64,000 bases of DNA from Eledone cirrhosa (GCA_964016885.1 OZ024741.1:202306001-202370000), one strand, 5' to 3'. Positions 12,060 through 26,591 are shown, counted from the first letter of the stretch. Notes: generated by a model not told the origin, from the letters alone. Numbers and translations are program-made.

Positions 12060-12445
12060 TAAATATACTCAGGCGACTGGGTTGATGCCCTACCCGTGGC
12101 CAACGTTGGTGGCCTACGACGAAATTCGTGTCTCCATCGCCCTCAGAGTGGGAGCTGACGTCTTCATGGTTTGAGGTGCTGATGCGGCAAACTCCTTGAC
12201 TTCACAGACCTCCAAGGTCTTTCTTGCTGCCTGAATGCCGGCCGCTTCACGCGTCACACGGAGCTAAACCTCATTCTGAAGAGAGCTTTGGCTCGGGCGA
12301 ATATCTCATCTGGGTTGTCCAGAAGTGACGGCAAAAGACCTGACGGCCTTACCTTGTGCCCCTGGTCGAGAGGCATGTGCCTTGTCTGGGACGTCACTGC
12401 TCTGGTGTTGGCTGGGTTGTTCACCCCTTCCTTTACATTTTCTTT
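12060..12445 (+). mobile_element. Second CRE fragment (RLE domain)
   Basis: Repeats about 11095-11345 and adds GLSRSDGKRPDGLTLCPWSRG..LVWDVT (RLE catalytic PD motif). Confidence 0.85.
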
Positions 12446-12877
12446 AATATTGTAACATATATCTTTCTGAATGAATCGCGAGCTATTTATAATGTTATCG
12501 AAGCATTTGTAATGTTATCTCTATATATATAAAACGGAAGATGTCTGTCTGTGTGTGTGTATGATTTTTATGCATTTCCACATTTCTCTACCGATTTTGA
12601 TGATTTTTTTTCCAATGTGCTCCAAATTTACCAACGATGGTCAACATGTAATAAACTTTGCCAAAAATTTCCTGCTTCTATGATAAAAATCGATAAAACT
12701 AAATAGATGCTGTAACCCTCTCTCTTACACGTTTAATCCCTCTCTCTACTACCCTCAATTGCAACTCTCTCTCTATATATATATCACACACACATATACA
12801 TATACATCTAAAGAGAGAAAGGGAGATGTAGAGAGAGAGTGAGATAGGTCGTTATACAGAGAGAGGTACAAGATAAT

Positions 12878-13513
<636 letters not shown>

Positions 13514-13882
13514 ATAAGAATAGATTAAAGTTTAAGCAAAGAATCGTTGCTTTCAACATTAACGGGATCTTCTGAAACTAAAATTTCAATCTGTGACCGC
13601 AGAAGTAAATATTTTGAGAAACATTGCACCCGAAGGAAAACAGAAAGACGATATTTTGGTTCGTGAAGATGTTCCCTGGTAATGAACGGAAAAAAAGCGA
13701 GGATAATACGTCGTTATGTGGAGCGTAAAGAACAATTTCATGCAAAGACAAGACCAAGCTTATGGTATAAGTGGAGTCGTTAGACTAATATTCTATTTAA
13801 AATAACCGAATGATTTCCAGCCCCGGAGTTTAAGAATGATGTAAATAAAATTGTAAACGAAAATGACAGAGGTTATTAAAAT

Positions 13883-13995
13883 AGTTGTTTCTACTTTTGG
13901 CACAAGGCCAGCAAATACTCAGTACATTACTGGTACTTTTTTTTATCGACCCCATAAGGATGAAAGGCAAAGTTAACCTCGACGGGATTTTAACT
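13883..13995 (-). mobile_element. SINE, 3' part
   Basis: Reverse complement of 35315-35420. Confidence 0.8.
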
Positions 13996-14796
13996 TTGCC
14001 TTAAAATAGTAAAAGTAAATAGTGAAGGTTTAGGCCAGTACATACGTATGCACCGACGGACATACACATACATACGCACACACAAACACATACACACGCA
14101 CATAAACACACACACACGCGTGCGAGCGTGTGTAAACCTTATGCATTTCTACAGTATTTTCACCAAACTTAAGACATAGGTTACTTATGTACCCCGGATG
14201 GTCATGGGCACTTTCATTTTTCCAGATATTGATTATAGGGCCTCCCGGCAGATAACCCCCTTTAACCACTTCCTTGGAGTCGACTGAAGCACTGCAGTGC
14301 AATGCAACAAAACGTCATAACTTCTGGAGTTCGCAACCGATTTTCACAAAACCTGACACATGGGCTACGTTTGTTCTACAGATGAATGTGAACTCTCAGA
14401 ATTGGCACATATTGAGTAGGGGACCCCTGGGGACAGGAACCCCCTTTTGGAAAAAGCCGATGATTTTGTAAAAGTATTGTTTTCGAAGCAGCACTGAAGT
14501 ATCGACATAAATGGTATACATAACTGCTATTTAATACCCGAGCAGCACCGGGTACCTCTGATAGTTTATGTATATATTTAAAACATATTTGTTATGTTAT
14601 TCTACTGTAAATGCTCTGTTTATATTTTCATTCTGAAAGATGTAATATTATTTATACAACTATGAATAAAATTAACCTGCTCTGGTTCTTTCGTAAAACT
14701 AAAAGTTTACGAAAGTGGAAATAAGATTTTTTTTTTTTGTCTAAACGTACATTTTCAAATGTTTACATTCTTACCGGATATAACAATGTTTCTTCT

Positions 14797-14964
14797 TCTT
14801 TAGGCACAAAGCCAGCAATAACCCAGTGCATTACTAGTACTTTATTTCATCGACCCCGTAAGGATGAAAGGAAAGTCAACATCGGCGGGATTTGAACTCA
14901 GATCGTAAAGGGACGTAACTATGCTGGTGTCCGACCTTCTACCGATACTGCCAAACCACCGCCC
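14797..14964 (-). mobile_element. tRNA-derived SINE
   Basis: Reverse complement of the 35230-35421 family. Confidence 0.85.
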
Positions 14965-15455
14965 TTGTGACGTTAAAGTAATTGAAGTTAGTCATATGTG
15001 CCAGTGTTTTCAGCAGCTCTTTACAGTTACGAAGAAATACTACAATTAATAATTTTCAATTATTTCATGTAAAAGTATAAAATTTACTTGTTTTAAATAA
15101 GAAATTAACTAAAGATGATCTTTCTCCTTGTTTACATCGAATTACTTAAATTTGGTCTGGCTGAAACTAAATGTTCATTTCCGTGTCCTACATATCACTC
15201 TGTAAGTACTTAAGATTTCTAATATACTATTACTGTAATTACATAAAAAAAAAGAAAATGTATTGATTGAATTTTCAGATATACAAAAAGTAAATGTATA
15301 ACACATATTTAAAGGAGGAATTATGATTCAGTGTTAAAATTTTCTGACTTTCGTCTCATGTATACCCACTTCGCGCACAAATATAGACTGATTAAGACAT
15401 AATTAAAAGATCCCACAATCCTAAAAAAGGGCATTAAGTCAGTATATATATATAA

Positions 15456-15583
15456 TCTACAGGCGTATTTGATTATTTTGAAACTTGGTAAGACAGAAAT
15501 AAGTTCAACTGTTTATAAACAGTTAAACTGTCTACTAGCAGTTTCAAAACAAATCACATCTAAATAATCAAATACACCTGTTG
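15456..15583. repeat. Imperfect palindrome, possibly an old MITE
   Basis: acaggcgtatttgattattt / aaataatcaaatacacctgt, with central aactgtttataaacagtt. Confidence 0.6.
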
Positions 15584-15933
15584 ATATAGACATGTTTTCA
15601 TATGGAAACCGCTGGTGGTACGAAGTTAATTTAAATTGTTAATATAAATACTCAGTTTCTACATTGTATTTGTTGCTATTTTCTTTCGTTTGTCCCTACA
15701 CATATATATATGTGTGTAGTGTTTGTTGATATTGATTCTAAATATTCTCCGAAGCAGTTCTAACGAATTGAGGTATATGATTTTTAAAGCGATGAAATAC
15801 CAATGAAGGTTGGAAGATCACTGATGAAGGACTAATTTTATTCATATGTAACCCATGTGCAACCACGCAGCACTCTATTTTTCTTATATATATATGTGTG
15901 GCTGAGAGAAGTAGAATTTTAATATTCATTGTA

Positions 15934-16303
15934 GATTGGCAGTATCGGTAGAGGGTCGGACGCCATGCTTTCCAGCATAGGTACCTACTTTACGATCTGA
16001 GTTCAAATCCCGCCGAGGTTGACTTTGCCTTTCATCCTTACTGGGTCGATAAAATAAAGTACCAGTAATGCACTGGATAATTGCTGGCCTTGTGCCTAAA
16101 GTAGAAACAATTATTAAAGCTAGTATCGGTAGAGGGTCGGAAGCCATGCTTTGCAGCATAGTTACGTCCCTTTACGGACTGAGTTCAAAACCCGCCGAGG
16201 TTAACTTTGCCTTTCATCCTTAAGGGGTCGATAAAATAAAGTACCAGTAATGTACTGGGTAATTGCTGGCCTTGTGCCAAAAAGTAGAAACAATTATTAA
16301 AGC
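15934..16303 (+). mobile_element. Two head-to-tail SINE copies
   Basis: 15934-16122 and 16123-16303; A-box-like TGGCAGTATCGG, B-box GAGTTCAAATCC, core GCCTTTCATCC...GGTCGATAAAATAAAGTACCAG. Confidence 0.9.
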
Positions 16304-17619
16304 TAAAAAAAAAAAGCGAGTCTTGTTACGCCTGTTTATCATAGATGTTTTTACAAAGATGTAAATAAAACTTTACCTATAATAAATTTTAATGTATTAG
16401 ATGAAAACTAACGTTTCAATGGCAGACTCAGTATAAATAAGGAAGATTGGGATGTGGGAAAGAGGATTTAATTGTGAAGGATGGACCATGTTGTGGTGGC
16501 AGTGGGGAGAGTCGTGAGTGTAGCCATCAAAAATAAGAATTTGGTCAGTGGAAGGCAGATGGTGAGTGTATAGGGGGGGGGGGAGTAGTAGTAGTAGTGA
16601 AAAATGTTGGTGGGATTGGTGGAAAGAATATACATATGTATACAAATCTTAGCCTACATGAAAACATATCTTCACATACATACATCTAAAACCAGATATA
16701 CAGGTGCTATATGTAAACATATATATACACAAACACAAATATAGTGAACAATTGAATGGGAGTTCAAAACCCCCCTCCCCACTATTTTTGAAGAGGAGAA
16801 AGAAGACAAGTCAGTAATGTGTGTTTGAGTAAGTTTCCACATGGGTGAAATCTCAGTAAATAAAAAAAAACTGTAAAGGCAGTGCAAAAATAGAGTGGTG
16901 ATATTGAAATTTTGGGGAGAGGAATTTGAAACTGAGGGGAAAAAAAAAAGGATTATGAGATGCACCAAATACGAGGACATATGTGTGAGATGTTGAGATA
17001 GATGTTGTGTGTGAGTAAATATTTAAAATAGTAAATTCTATAGAGTTGCCGGAATAGAAGAGAGGTAGATGGAATTAGAGAAAGAATTTTGAAATGTACT
17101 AAAAATAGTGGAGTAACTTTTTTTTTTCAAACAAAAACGATGAGAAAACAAAATGTATTAATTAATTAAATGACTGTGTAGTTAATAGGTCGTTGACAAA
17201 ATTATGTTCAATTTTTTATAGTGTAAGTGAGCTTTTTTTTTCCTTTGTTACTATGCAGTTTTGAAGTTATTGCATTGTCTGGTTACCAGCAGACAAAACC
17301 AGAGAAGGTTGCATTCAGAAAATTTTGTGTGCTCGATCACGTCGTGGTCAGCATTTTAGCAGGGATTTTGGTTGGGTGTCGCGTTGGTTGTTGTGTACAA
17401 GCTGTTGGTCGATGCATTGAACAAATGGTGTTGTTGGAAAATGGTGAGGACTACAATTGTGATGCTTCTGTGGTTCCATATTTAAACATCGGCCAAATGA
17501 TCTATTTCATGAACAACTAACTTGTAGAGAAATGTAATTTATATTTATTACTTCAATTCATGGTTGATGCTATAGAATGATCATACAAAATACATGTGGT
17601 TGAACTTCACAAAGTTGGT

Positions 17620-19822
17620 TTAAAAACCATTGATAATTACATAAATATGAAAAGGATAAAAACAAAATTAAGAAATAAGAAAAGGGGGAAGGGGTAAAGA
17701 AGGGCAGATCTGGCTGTATGGAAAAGTAGAGGAAAGGATTATAAATACCATAAATGAGAGGAAAGGGAGGGAAAAAGCAAGGACTCTCGAGTCAAAGAAG
17801 AAAAAGAGGATGATAGGCTCTAGGCCAGGCATGGGCAACCTTTTTCAAGAAGCGGGCCACATGAGATATGGCACATCATCAGGCAGGCCACAAGTGCTAA
17901 TTTACATTCGTGCCCACATTTTAAAAAAATGGGTGGTAACTCAGGTTGTTTTGATTTGTTTCTTCAGAATTCTTACACATTGTTTTCCTTGATCATAAAA
18001 ATGATAGAAAGATAAATTACAACTGAAAAGTTGGGGTAAAGAATCAGAAAGATTTCACTTAGGTGACTTAGGCGAGCCATTCAGAAAGCTTCGCAGGCCA
18101 CCCATGACTGCTCTAGGCCAAGGGTGGGATCGTGTTTGGGCTGCACGCCATGGACAAAACTGTAAAGGCATTTCTGAGGACAATGGCCAGTGACACTTGC
18201 TGCAACAGCGACTCCACTTTGCGGGGCTCCTTCCTCAGACTGGCTGCTGATGTTCCGATTTTGCAGAGGAGCTCAGCAGTACGGGGTCTGAGGACACCTG
18301 AGGTCTTGACGGCAACTGGTGCGAAGAGAAAGCAGCTGAACAAGTCCCTGAATTTGTTTGTCTTCCTGTCCTCTGAATGGGAAATGGGTAATTCCATCAG
18401 AGCGTTACCATCTCTGTGGGCGAGGCTTGCTGGCTCCAGTTGTGATGGGAAGCTAGCTGCATCTAGGCTCCTTCTCAATATATCATTGAAAGTGGCATGT
18501 CGGGGAAACTCTGGTGGCATGACAGTGGGTGCAGGCCAAACTCATGAACGACAACCCCACAACGGCATTTGTGTGGATCACACACACAAAGATCGAAGTG
18601 CTGAGTTGATCCAATGTGAGTGCACTCATCATCAAGAAGGGTATCGATTGAGAAAAAGGGCACCAAATTGAGCCACGCACCACTGTTTGACTGTGAAACA
18701 GATCAGAGGCAGGCGAGGCGGTATTAGTCCAAGCCAGACTCGATCCGCCTGGAGGAAGACCTGCACATATTTGTATACTGGGAGGAGAGGCCGTCACCTG
18801 TCCAGTTGGCCAGAGACTGCTCAAATTCTGGTGCCACGTTAGGTTAGGCCATCTTGCTGACGAGGATGCAGCTGGATGATATTGAGGAGAGGTAGGGACT
18901 GAGGACCTTGCTGACGAGGATGTGGCTGGATGAGATTGAGGAAAGGCTGGCTAGTAGTGCCAGATTTGAAGCGGATCAGAGTCCTCAGCCTCCGAACTTC
19001 GCTTGTTGCTACCAGTGCTGCTGAAACTGATATTGCAGATGAGTTCCGCACAACAATGGTGGCGATGAGTTCACCAAGGTGATCTGCATAAGGGTGACAA
19101 GAAGGAGGTTGAAGCAGTTCCTCAAGAAGAAGAGGGCCAGGAGAGTGTCAATGAGCTGTGGTCTCTCTGCCATTTGTGACAGATGGGATGGATGTTGAGT
19201 ACAGCGGAAATAAGAGTGGGCTGAGTGGATCTCCTTGCTGGACATCTACAGCGGAAGTAATCTTGTTTTCAGAGGCTATGAGTATACTGGGTCTTTCGTA
19301 CAAGAGGTGAGCAAAATGGTAAGTAGAGGGGGCTCATCTGAGACACTTCTTTAAGACGTGGTCACACTTAACGCTGTTGAAGGCGTTTCTCATGTCCAGC
19401 TTTACAAGGAAGTAGGGTGACAAAGGAGGTGCCTGATATAAAGTGTCTGGCCGCATGAGCTGCAGCCTCACATCTGCAATCGATTCCCACTCCGAGCTGG
19501 ACAGGTCTTAGCACCTCACTCAAGTTGTCTTTGACTGACTTGCAAGCTATCTTGGCTTCAAGTCATCGGAAGACATTGCCCATTGTGATGGAGTGGACAC
19601 CTCCTCAGGAAGGTCAGACTGGCTGAGAAGAAAAGATCACTGGCATAGCAGGGCAAGTTGACATGGAGATGACAGTTGATGAGGACTGTTATCGACTGGG
19701 GCAATCGGGCTCCTGCCTCAGCAGTGTGAGATGAGGTTTCTGAGGTGACCAGGGCGCAGGCTGTCCACTCCGCCACTCTGCTGCCTGGGAAGGATCTCAG
19801 AGCAACTACTACGTCCTCACTA
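17620..19822 (-). mobile_element. CRE-clade non-LTR retrotransposon, degenerate, second family
   Basis: PVQLGVG, LVKLDMRNAFNSV, CRCG..HPLSC, RHATFNDIL, FAPVAVKTSG, LLQQVSLAIV. Confidence 0.8.
17826..18110. mobile_element. hAT (Charlie-like) MITE
   Basis: TIRs CAGGCATGGG / CCCATGACTG; perfect 8-bp target duplication CTCTAGGC at 17818-17825 and 18111-18118; inserted in a CRE 3' end. Confidence 0.9.
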
Positions 19823-20429
19823 GAATGGTATGGGTGTGTGTGCGTGTATACACTCACACTAGGCACATATAGCGTATGAGAGATAATAGTGGAAGGAAAT
19901 ATTAGAAGAAAATAATAGAATTTTTTTAAAATAAAAAAATTTAAATTTAAAAGAACACACTCACCTCCACTCTTACCACTTGCCTTCCACTGACCAGTTA
20001 AATTTCTATGGCTACACCCATGACTACTCTTTATTGCCTTCTTCCCCCGCACTGCCACCACCACCCGACCCATCCTATCATAATTACCCCTTCTCAATTA
20101 AATTCTCCTTCCCCCACCCTTAATCTTCCTTATTTATAATATGTCTGCCATTGACATGTTAGTTGTTGTCTATGACTCTGAAACAGTCGAAATTCCAGAG
20201 TAACAAGACACACTTTTTAGTATATGAGTGGGATTGACTGATCATGGTAGATCAAAATATTGACAAGCAGGATGGATTAAGGATTTTGAGACAAGAAACT
20301 ATTAGTTACATATCAACTACCTGCTACTCATGATCTGAAATGATTGTAAAAAATGAACTAATTAAGAACCTATCTTTGACTTTTGTTTTATTTTCTTTGT
20401 TCAATACACACACACATATATATAAATGA

Positions 20430-20678
20430 CTGGGATCTCTGGCGATATGCAGTAATACAGAAGACCCGACTTCCCACGAGCACAAGCTGAAGCATATGTA
20501 CAGTATGCCTCACCCACAGTCCACACTGGATGTGTAAAAGACACGGCAAAAAGCATCCAGTCCACACTGTAAAGTGGATGTGTAAAAGACACAGCAAAAA
20601 GCACCCAGTACACACTGTCAATGTGGTTGGCGTTGGGAAGGGCATCCAGCCATAGAAAACCAGCCAGAAGCACCCCTA
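20430..20678 (+). mobile_element. RTE LINE 3' end fragment
   Basis: Matches 4940-5190. Confidence 0.85.
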
Positions 20679-21013
20679 TATTACAGACAGTCAGATCATT
20701 TGCATCACAGAATTCCAAGATCCTGAAGCCTTCCTCATTTCTAGTACCAAACCCATAATCTCCATGGACTCCGTCATAGCCATCACAATGTTTTCCAACA
20801 TGACCATTAAGGTCGCCAACAATAATTAGGTAGTCACTGTTGGTTATTTGGGAGGTAGTGAGCATTAGCGACTCATAGAACCTGTCTTTAGTAACGTCTG
20901 GTAGTTCGGATTGGGGTTCATAAGCGGATATTATCGACACAGTTGTTCTATTTAGAACTAGGCTTATTTTAATTATCCTGTTATTGACTCTATTTACGGC
21001 AATTACTTTATCT
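20679..21013 (-). mobile_element. RTE LINE apurinic endonuclease fragment
   Basis: IISAYEPQ, IIVGDLNGHVG, GFGTRNEEG..ILEFC. Confidence 0.88.
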
Positions 21014-21134
21014 ACATGTATGTATAGTGTTTGTTGATATTGATACTAAATAATATTCTTGTAATCAATTCTAATGAATAGCAGTCTTCACACTATTTAC
21101 ACAGTTCGTGATATCATTATTAAGCTAATGTAAG

Positions 21135-21560
21135 GGTGGTGGATTGGCAGTATCAGTAGAGCATTGGTCAACATGCTTCAAGGCATATAGTTACCTCCCA
21201 TGCTGAGTTCAAGTCCTGCTTTGACTTTCATCTGTATGGGGTGGATAAAATAAAGTACCAGTAATGCACTTAGGTCAATTAAATCGACCTCCTCCCATCC
21301 ACAAAAATTATTGGCCATGTACCTAAATGAGAAACCATTATGAAGCTAATACCAGGTGGGGTGGATTGGCAGTATTGGTTGAGTGTTGGACAAAATGCTT
21401 TGCAGTATTTAGTTACGGATTTTTACATTCTGAATTCAAATCTCGCTGAGATCAACTTTTCCTTTCATCCTTCTGAGGTCGATAACATAAACTACCAGTT
21501 AAATTGACATAATCGATTTTCCCCTTCCCCAAATTGCTGGTCTTGTGCCTATGCTAGAAT
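21135..21560 (+). mobile_element. Two old SINE copies in tandem
   Basis: ggtggattggcagtat heads at about 21137 and 21360, each with the SINE core and tail. Confidence 0.75.
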
Positions 21561-21779
21561 GCTTGCTCATCTTTAGAACTATTTAAGGTAACTACTGGTT
21601 GACGTAGAAGATTGACTATCCCTTCCACTGTATCACCCACTGCCAGTAATCACTCTTAACATCTAATGTGTTCTTTTATAGATATATATCCATTAGTAAA
21701 AAAAACAAAACGGTAAATTTATAGAAAGACACATCCACTAATTTCAGTGGGAAATAATTTCATTGAGGTTTTGACTGGA

Positions 21780-21915
21780 ATATTCACATTATGTATGTTT
21801 ATATCCTTTACATCTCTGTAACTTTTTAGATGTTTATGCTCTGGATTATCATTTCTATGGATTGCATTGTAAACTGTTTTGGCCATTACATTACGCCTCA
21901 GGTAGATAGTATCTT
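21780..21915 (-). mobile_element. Small R4-like fragment
   Basis: YLRRNVMAKTVYNAIHR matches YLPMRHDGVAKTLYNAICR at about 37390-37450. Confidence 0.6.
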
Positions 21916-22039
21916 GATGCAAAATTCTTCTTTGAAACGTTGAACTCCTTAGCAATAGCACTAATTAATTTTCTGGGGTTCTTATAATTTTCTGCACTTT
22001 TCATTCAAATTTGAGAATTCTGATGGTATTAGGTAGGAC

Positions 22040-22300
22040 CCTTAACAGGCATTTTACATTTGGCTACTGCTGTAGAATCCCAGTCCAGTGGCTTCCAGTT
22101 CTTTGTGAACTTTGACAATAAATGGCCGTGCAACTTTCAGGAAGCAAACAATGTTTTAAACACTATGCATTACCTTTAAGGCAATGACTACAGCATGTCT
22201 TTTCATTTGGTGAGTTGGCTTGATGTGTGTCAACATTTATCTGAAAAGAAATGATAACACTGCATGATATTAATTTTTTTAGCAAACACTACGTTAGGTG
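22040..22300 (-). mobile_element. Probable Tc1/mariner transposase N-terminal remnant
   Basis: MKRHAVVIALK...FLKVARPFIVKVHKELEA resembles a transposase HTH start; recognised from memory only, no catalytic motif seen. Confidence 0.4.
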
Positions 22301-22755
22301 ATATTAGTGAATTTTATGATGCTCTTTGTGAATATGAAATCCATTTTGCTCCATCACATCTACATTTTGATCTACAAAATATCCCACATATATTACATTT
22401 ACAGAAAAAGTGTCTAATCATGTAAACATTGCATGTAATATATTTATGTACAAAACTACAATTGTCATCATCACCACCATGGTGCCGTAACCCTTTTCGG
22501 GGTCGTTTGGACACTGCAGTGTTGAATGCTGTACCAACTACCTCCTTCTCTGGCAGTCATGGGCACGTGCTTGGGTTGTGGCAAAGTTCTTTCCTGTATA
22601 CTCAGCTATGTTGTCTGCCCTGCCCCCAACTGCCCCTCCCATTCCATATTCGGAAAATAAGTCAACAGCAAGCTGGATGAAAGTCTGATTGGTTGAAAAC
22701 ATGGAAAATTCTAATTATTATCAATTTTATTTAGTGTTATTAGTGGTCACAGTCT

Positions 22756-23757
22756 TACCTTTGAGAGGTGCAATTATGCAAGGTCAGCTTTTATCATCTC
22801 ATCCCAAGTCTTCCTGGGTCTTCCTACTCCATAGTTTCCATCAACTTTGAGTGCTCTGCATCCTTTTATACAACTGTCATCCTTCGTACATCACATGGCC
22901 ATACCAACTCAATCTCAACTCCTGCATACTGCATCTGATCCCTCTTATGCCCAATTTCTCGCTCAGTTCATTTATGCTTTGCGATTCATGTATATTACTA
23001 TCCCACATCCATCGAAACATGGAATCTACATTCCTTTCCAATCTTCGCAGGTCCTTTGAACACAGTGTCTAGGTCTCACTACCATGCAACATTGTTCTTT
23101 GTATACATGCATTATACAGTATGTTTTTCATTTTGAGAAAAAAAAAACTTTTATAGTTATCAGCGGTAGTAACTCCCTGAACTTTCTCCAACCTGGTCTC
23201 ACCCTAGTTACTATGCCTTCAGAACACCCTCCTCCACAGCTAATTTGGTCAGCCAAGTAATAGAAACTCTCAACTACTTCTACAGAGCCTTCAGAGCATT
23301 TGAAGAAGCTTGTATCCTATGGACTCATGCTACTTACTGCACCTGTGCATCACCCACATGTAAAATCTACATTCTTTGGTAGCCTGCCTGAGATCCCTCT
23401 ACATCTACTGTGTACCCATAGTTTTCATTTGCGATATAGGATAGACTTTCTACCTCTTCCTTTTCTGCATACTGAGGAAGCCATTTCCATGAGGGAATCT
23501 GGGTCTTGTTTTCCTTTCTATATACTAGAACTTTGACAAGTTAACTTTTGATTCTAGTCTGTGCTTCCAGGTTTGGAATTTCTTCTCTAATTCTGTCATA
23601 GATTTGGCTATAAAGCTTAGGTCATCTGCCTACAAGAGTTCTCATGGGCAGCCAGCCTTAAACTCCTCCGTTATATCCTGCAGGGCAATGATAAACAGGA
23701 GGGGGCTTAGAGCTGAGCCCTGATGGCTCCCAACCTGCATGCTAAATTCTTCGCTAT
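22756..23757 (-). mobile_element. RTE LINE RT fragment
   Basis: Reverse complement colinear with about 3920-4930 (HQGSAL, LVGRDL-degraded YADDL region, LHGSET). Confidence 0.88.
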
Positions 23758-24208
23758 ATATTCAATAATGATAGCATTGATATAATAGTACTCACTCAGT
23801 TTCTTACACCCTGGCAGCTACATAGGTGATAAGGCCTTTATATTCTCTCTCTCCAAAGCACAACTATTCAGAGGATATTTTTTGAAAGCTTTTTTAAAAA
23901 AATCCATACCTGTCGCTTTCCTGTCAATTGTTTTGTAATCTTCTCCTTTTTGCTTATGGTACTCTAGCTGTCTCAGTTGCTGTCATTCACCTGATTAAGA
24001 TCAGAGATCAGTGATTAGTTTCCAGGATCTGCTGTGAGGAGGTCAACAACTTGGACCTATTTTAGCACCTAATGCTGTTTTGCAATTTTTACATATGAAG
24101 TATGCCAATATGTGTGTATTGTCAGAAACTGAAACAATCTCAAGGATATACTAATGGTGTTATTTGGAGCTATGAAATTTCAGAGACCTGCTATGTCACT
24201 GAATGGTA

Positions 24209-25089
24209 TTGGTACTGAAGCAGCAATTCCAGTGATATGAAAATTGTGAAATTTGTTTCCCCCAAAATGTTATGAGATCAAGTGTAATTTGGTGATCCCA
24301 GTAATGAAGCCCAAAATCAATGTTTAATGTTCAAACACAAATATCATGTTGGCATTTGTGGTTCAACAATTTTGGATCATTGTATTTATGAAAACACTGA
24401 TAGAAAAGGATTGATTTCTTTAACACAAACCCAATCACTCTGTAGTAACTTTGGAAACAATGATTATTGATAATGTCTCACATGGATCAGCCATCTTTAC
24501 CAATGAGTGGCTAAGCTGTAATAATTTGGCTAACCTCCATTATATCCATGGAACAGTTTCTGTCATTTTGTGGATCCTGTTAGTGGTATATGTACCAATA
24601 ATGTTGAAGCTTTCTAGACATGCATAAAGGGATGTATCAAACATAAATCAGGATCAACTGGTGACATGAAATGGTCACATATTTATTAGACATTGTATAG
24701 AGAAGCTCACAATTTTATCATTTTCGTTCAGTGTCAATTCTTCCATGCTTGCATGAGTTAGATGAGTCGTCCATGCCAGGAAGCAAGTCTGGCCATGTTG
24801 CACTTTGTTCCGGCGTGGACTATAAATTTGGCTAAGTATTTTACAGCTGGATGCTCTTCCTAACACCAACCACATTTATAGTGTGGGACTGGATGGCCCT
24901 ATTATGAGGAGGGACAGGCCAGTTGGCTGCGTCAAACCCATCTCACAACGTAACCAGAGTTTTGGAGCCTGACCTATCTCACTGCATAGCTTTCGTTTTT
25001 TGGGCCCGGTACTGGATGAGGAGGGAGAGATGCAGGGCCACAGTTTGGGAGTGTGGCGTCGGATGGCACCACTATGCAAAGAAGCCTAT

Positions 25090-25142
<53 letters not shown>

Positions 25143-26540
25143 TAGATATATTTCTTTATTAGCCACAGGGGCACAAAATAAGGGGACAAATACAAAGGGG
25201 GAAGTTTACATACAATAAAAACGTGTAAAATGTTATCACAAATGGAATTTAAAAAGTTAGTCGATTTTCCCCAATAGAGGGAGACAGTTTATATGGGTAA
25301 CACATACCCCCGAAAAAAATGTGCAACCCTCATCTCCAGGAGTATGAAGAGTTTGTACTCCTTTCCTCTCCTCCTTTTCCTCAACCTACAGGCTGATATA
25401 GAGAGAAGGCCCATTCACTCGGGCCATTCTCGCCACTTTCACCCACCTTCCATAAAACTTGCTGGGGTACAGCACCTCTCTCTCCATCCTGATTCTTCTT
25501 CCAAAGTGGTATTTGAAAAAAAGAATCAGTTGTTGGCCGGAGAGAAAGGTGTCTGACCTCAGCCCTTTCAACCTTGTCCACCATACAACCTCTTTTGCCA
25601 TAGCTATCACACAAAGGAAAACCGCCTCTCCTTCGTTTTTGAAGGAGGGTGGCGGTTTTTTGGTACTGAAGCAGCAATTCCAATGATATGAAAATTGTGA
25701 AATTTGTTTCCCCCAAAATGTTATGAGATCAAGTGTAATTTGGTGATCCCAGTAATGAAGCCCAAAATCAATGTTTAATGTTCAAACACAAATATCATGT
25801 TGGCATTTGTGGTTCAACAATTTTGGATCATTGTATTTATGAAAACACTGATAGAAAAGGATTGATTTCTTTAACACAAACCCAATCACTCTGTAGTAAC
25901 TTTGGAAACAATGATTATTGATAATGTCTCACATGGATCAGCCATCTTTACCAATGAGTGGCTAAGCTGTAATAATTTGGCTAACCTCCATTATATCCAT
26001 GGAACAGTTTCTGTCATTTTGTGGATCCTGCTAGTGGTATATGTACCAATAATGTTGAAGCTTTCTAGACATGCATAAAGGGATGTATCAAACATAAATC
26101 AGGATCAACTGGTGACATGAAATGGTCACATATTTATTAGACATTGTATAGAGAAGCTCACAATTTTATCATTTTCGTTCAGTGTCAATTCTTCCATGCT
26201 TGCATGAGTTAGATGAGTCGTCCATGCCAGGAAGCAAGTCTGGCCATGTTGCACTTTGTTCCGGCGTGGACTATAAATTTGGCTAAGTATTTTACAGCTG
26301 GATGCTCTTCCTAACACCAACCACATTTATAGTGTGGGACTGGATGGCCCTATTATGAGGAGGGACAGGCCAGTTGGCTGCGTCAAACCCATCTCACAAC
26401 GTAACCAGAGTTTTGGAGCCTGACCTATCTCACTGCATAGCTTTCGTTTTTTGGGCCCGGTACTGGATGAGGAGGGAGAGATGCAGGGCCACAGTTTGGG
26501 AGTGTGGCGTCGGATGGCACCACTATGCAAAGAAGCCTAT

Positions 26541-26591
<51 letters not shown>

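Noticed and set aside
18132-18671. Plus-strand 179-aa ORF (likewise 54303-54851, 37714-38199 and 27209-27917)
   Set aside because: Antisense shadows of retrotransposon ORFs
20401-20940. 179-aa endonuclease gene
   Set aside because: An RTE endonuclease fragment reading into the antisense strand of an RTE 3' UTR
22240-22262. Minus-strand splice acceptor of a host exon
   Set aside because: Downstream sequence has stops and resembles a transposase remnant; no partner exons found
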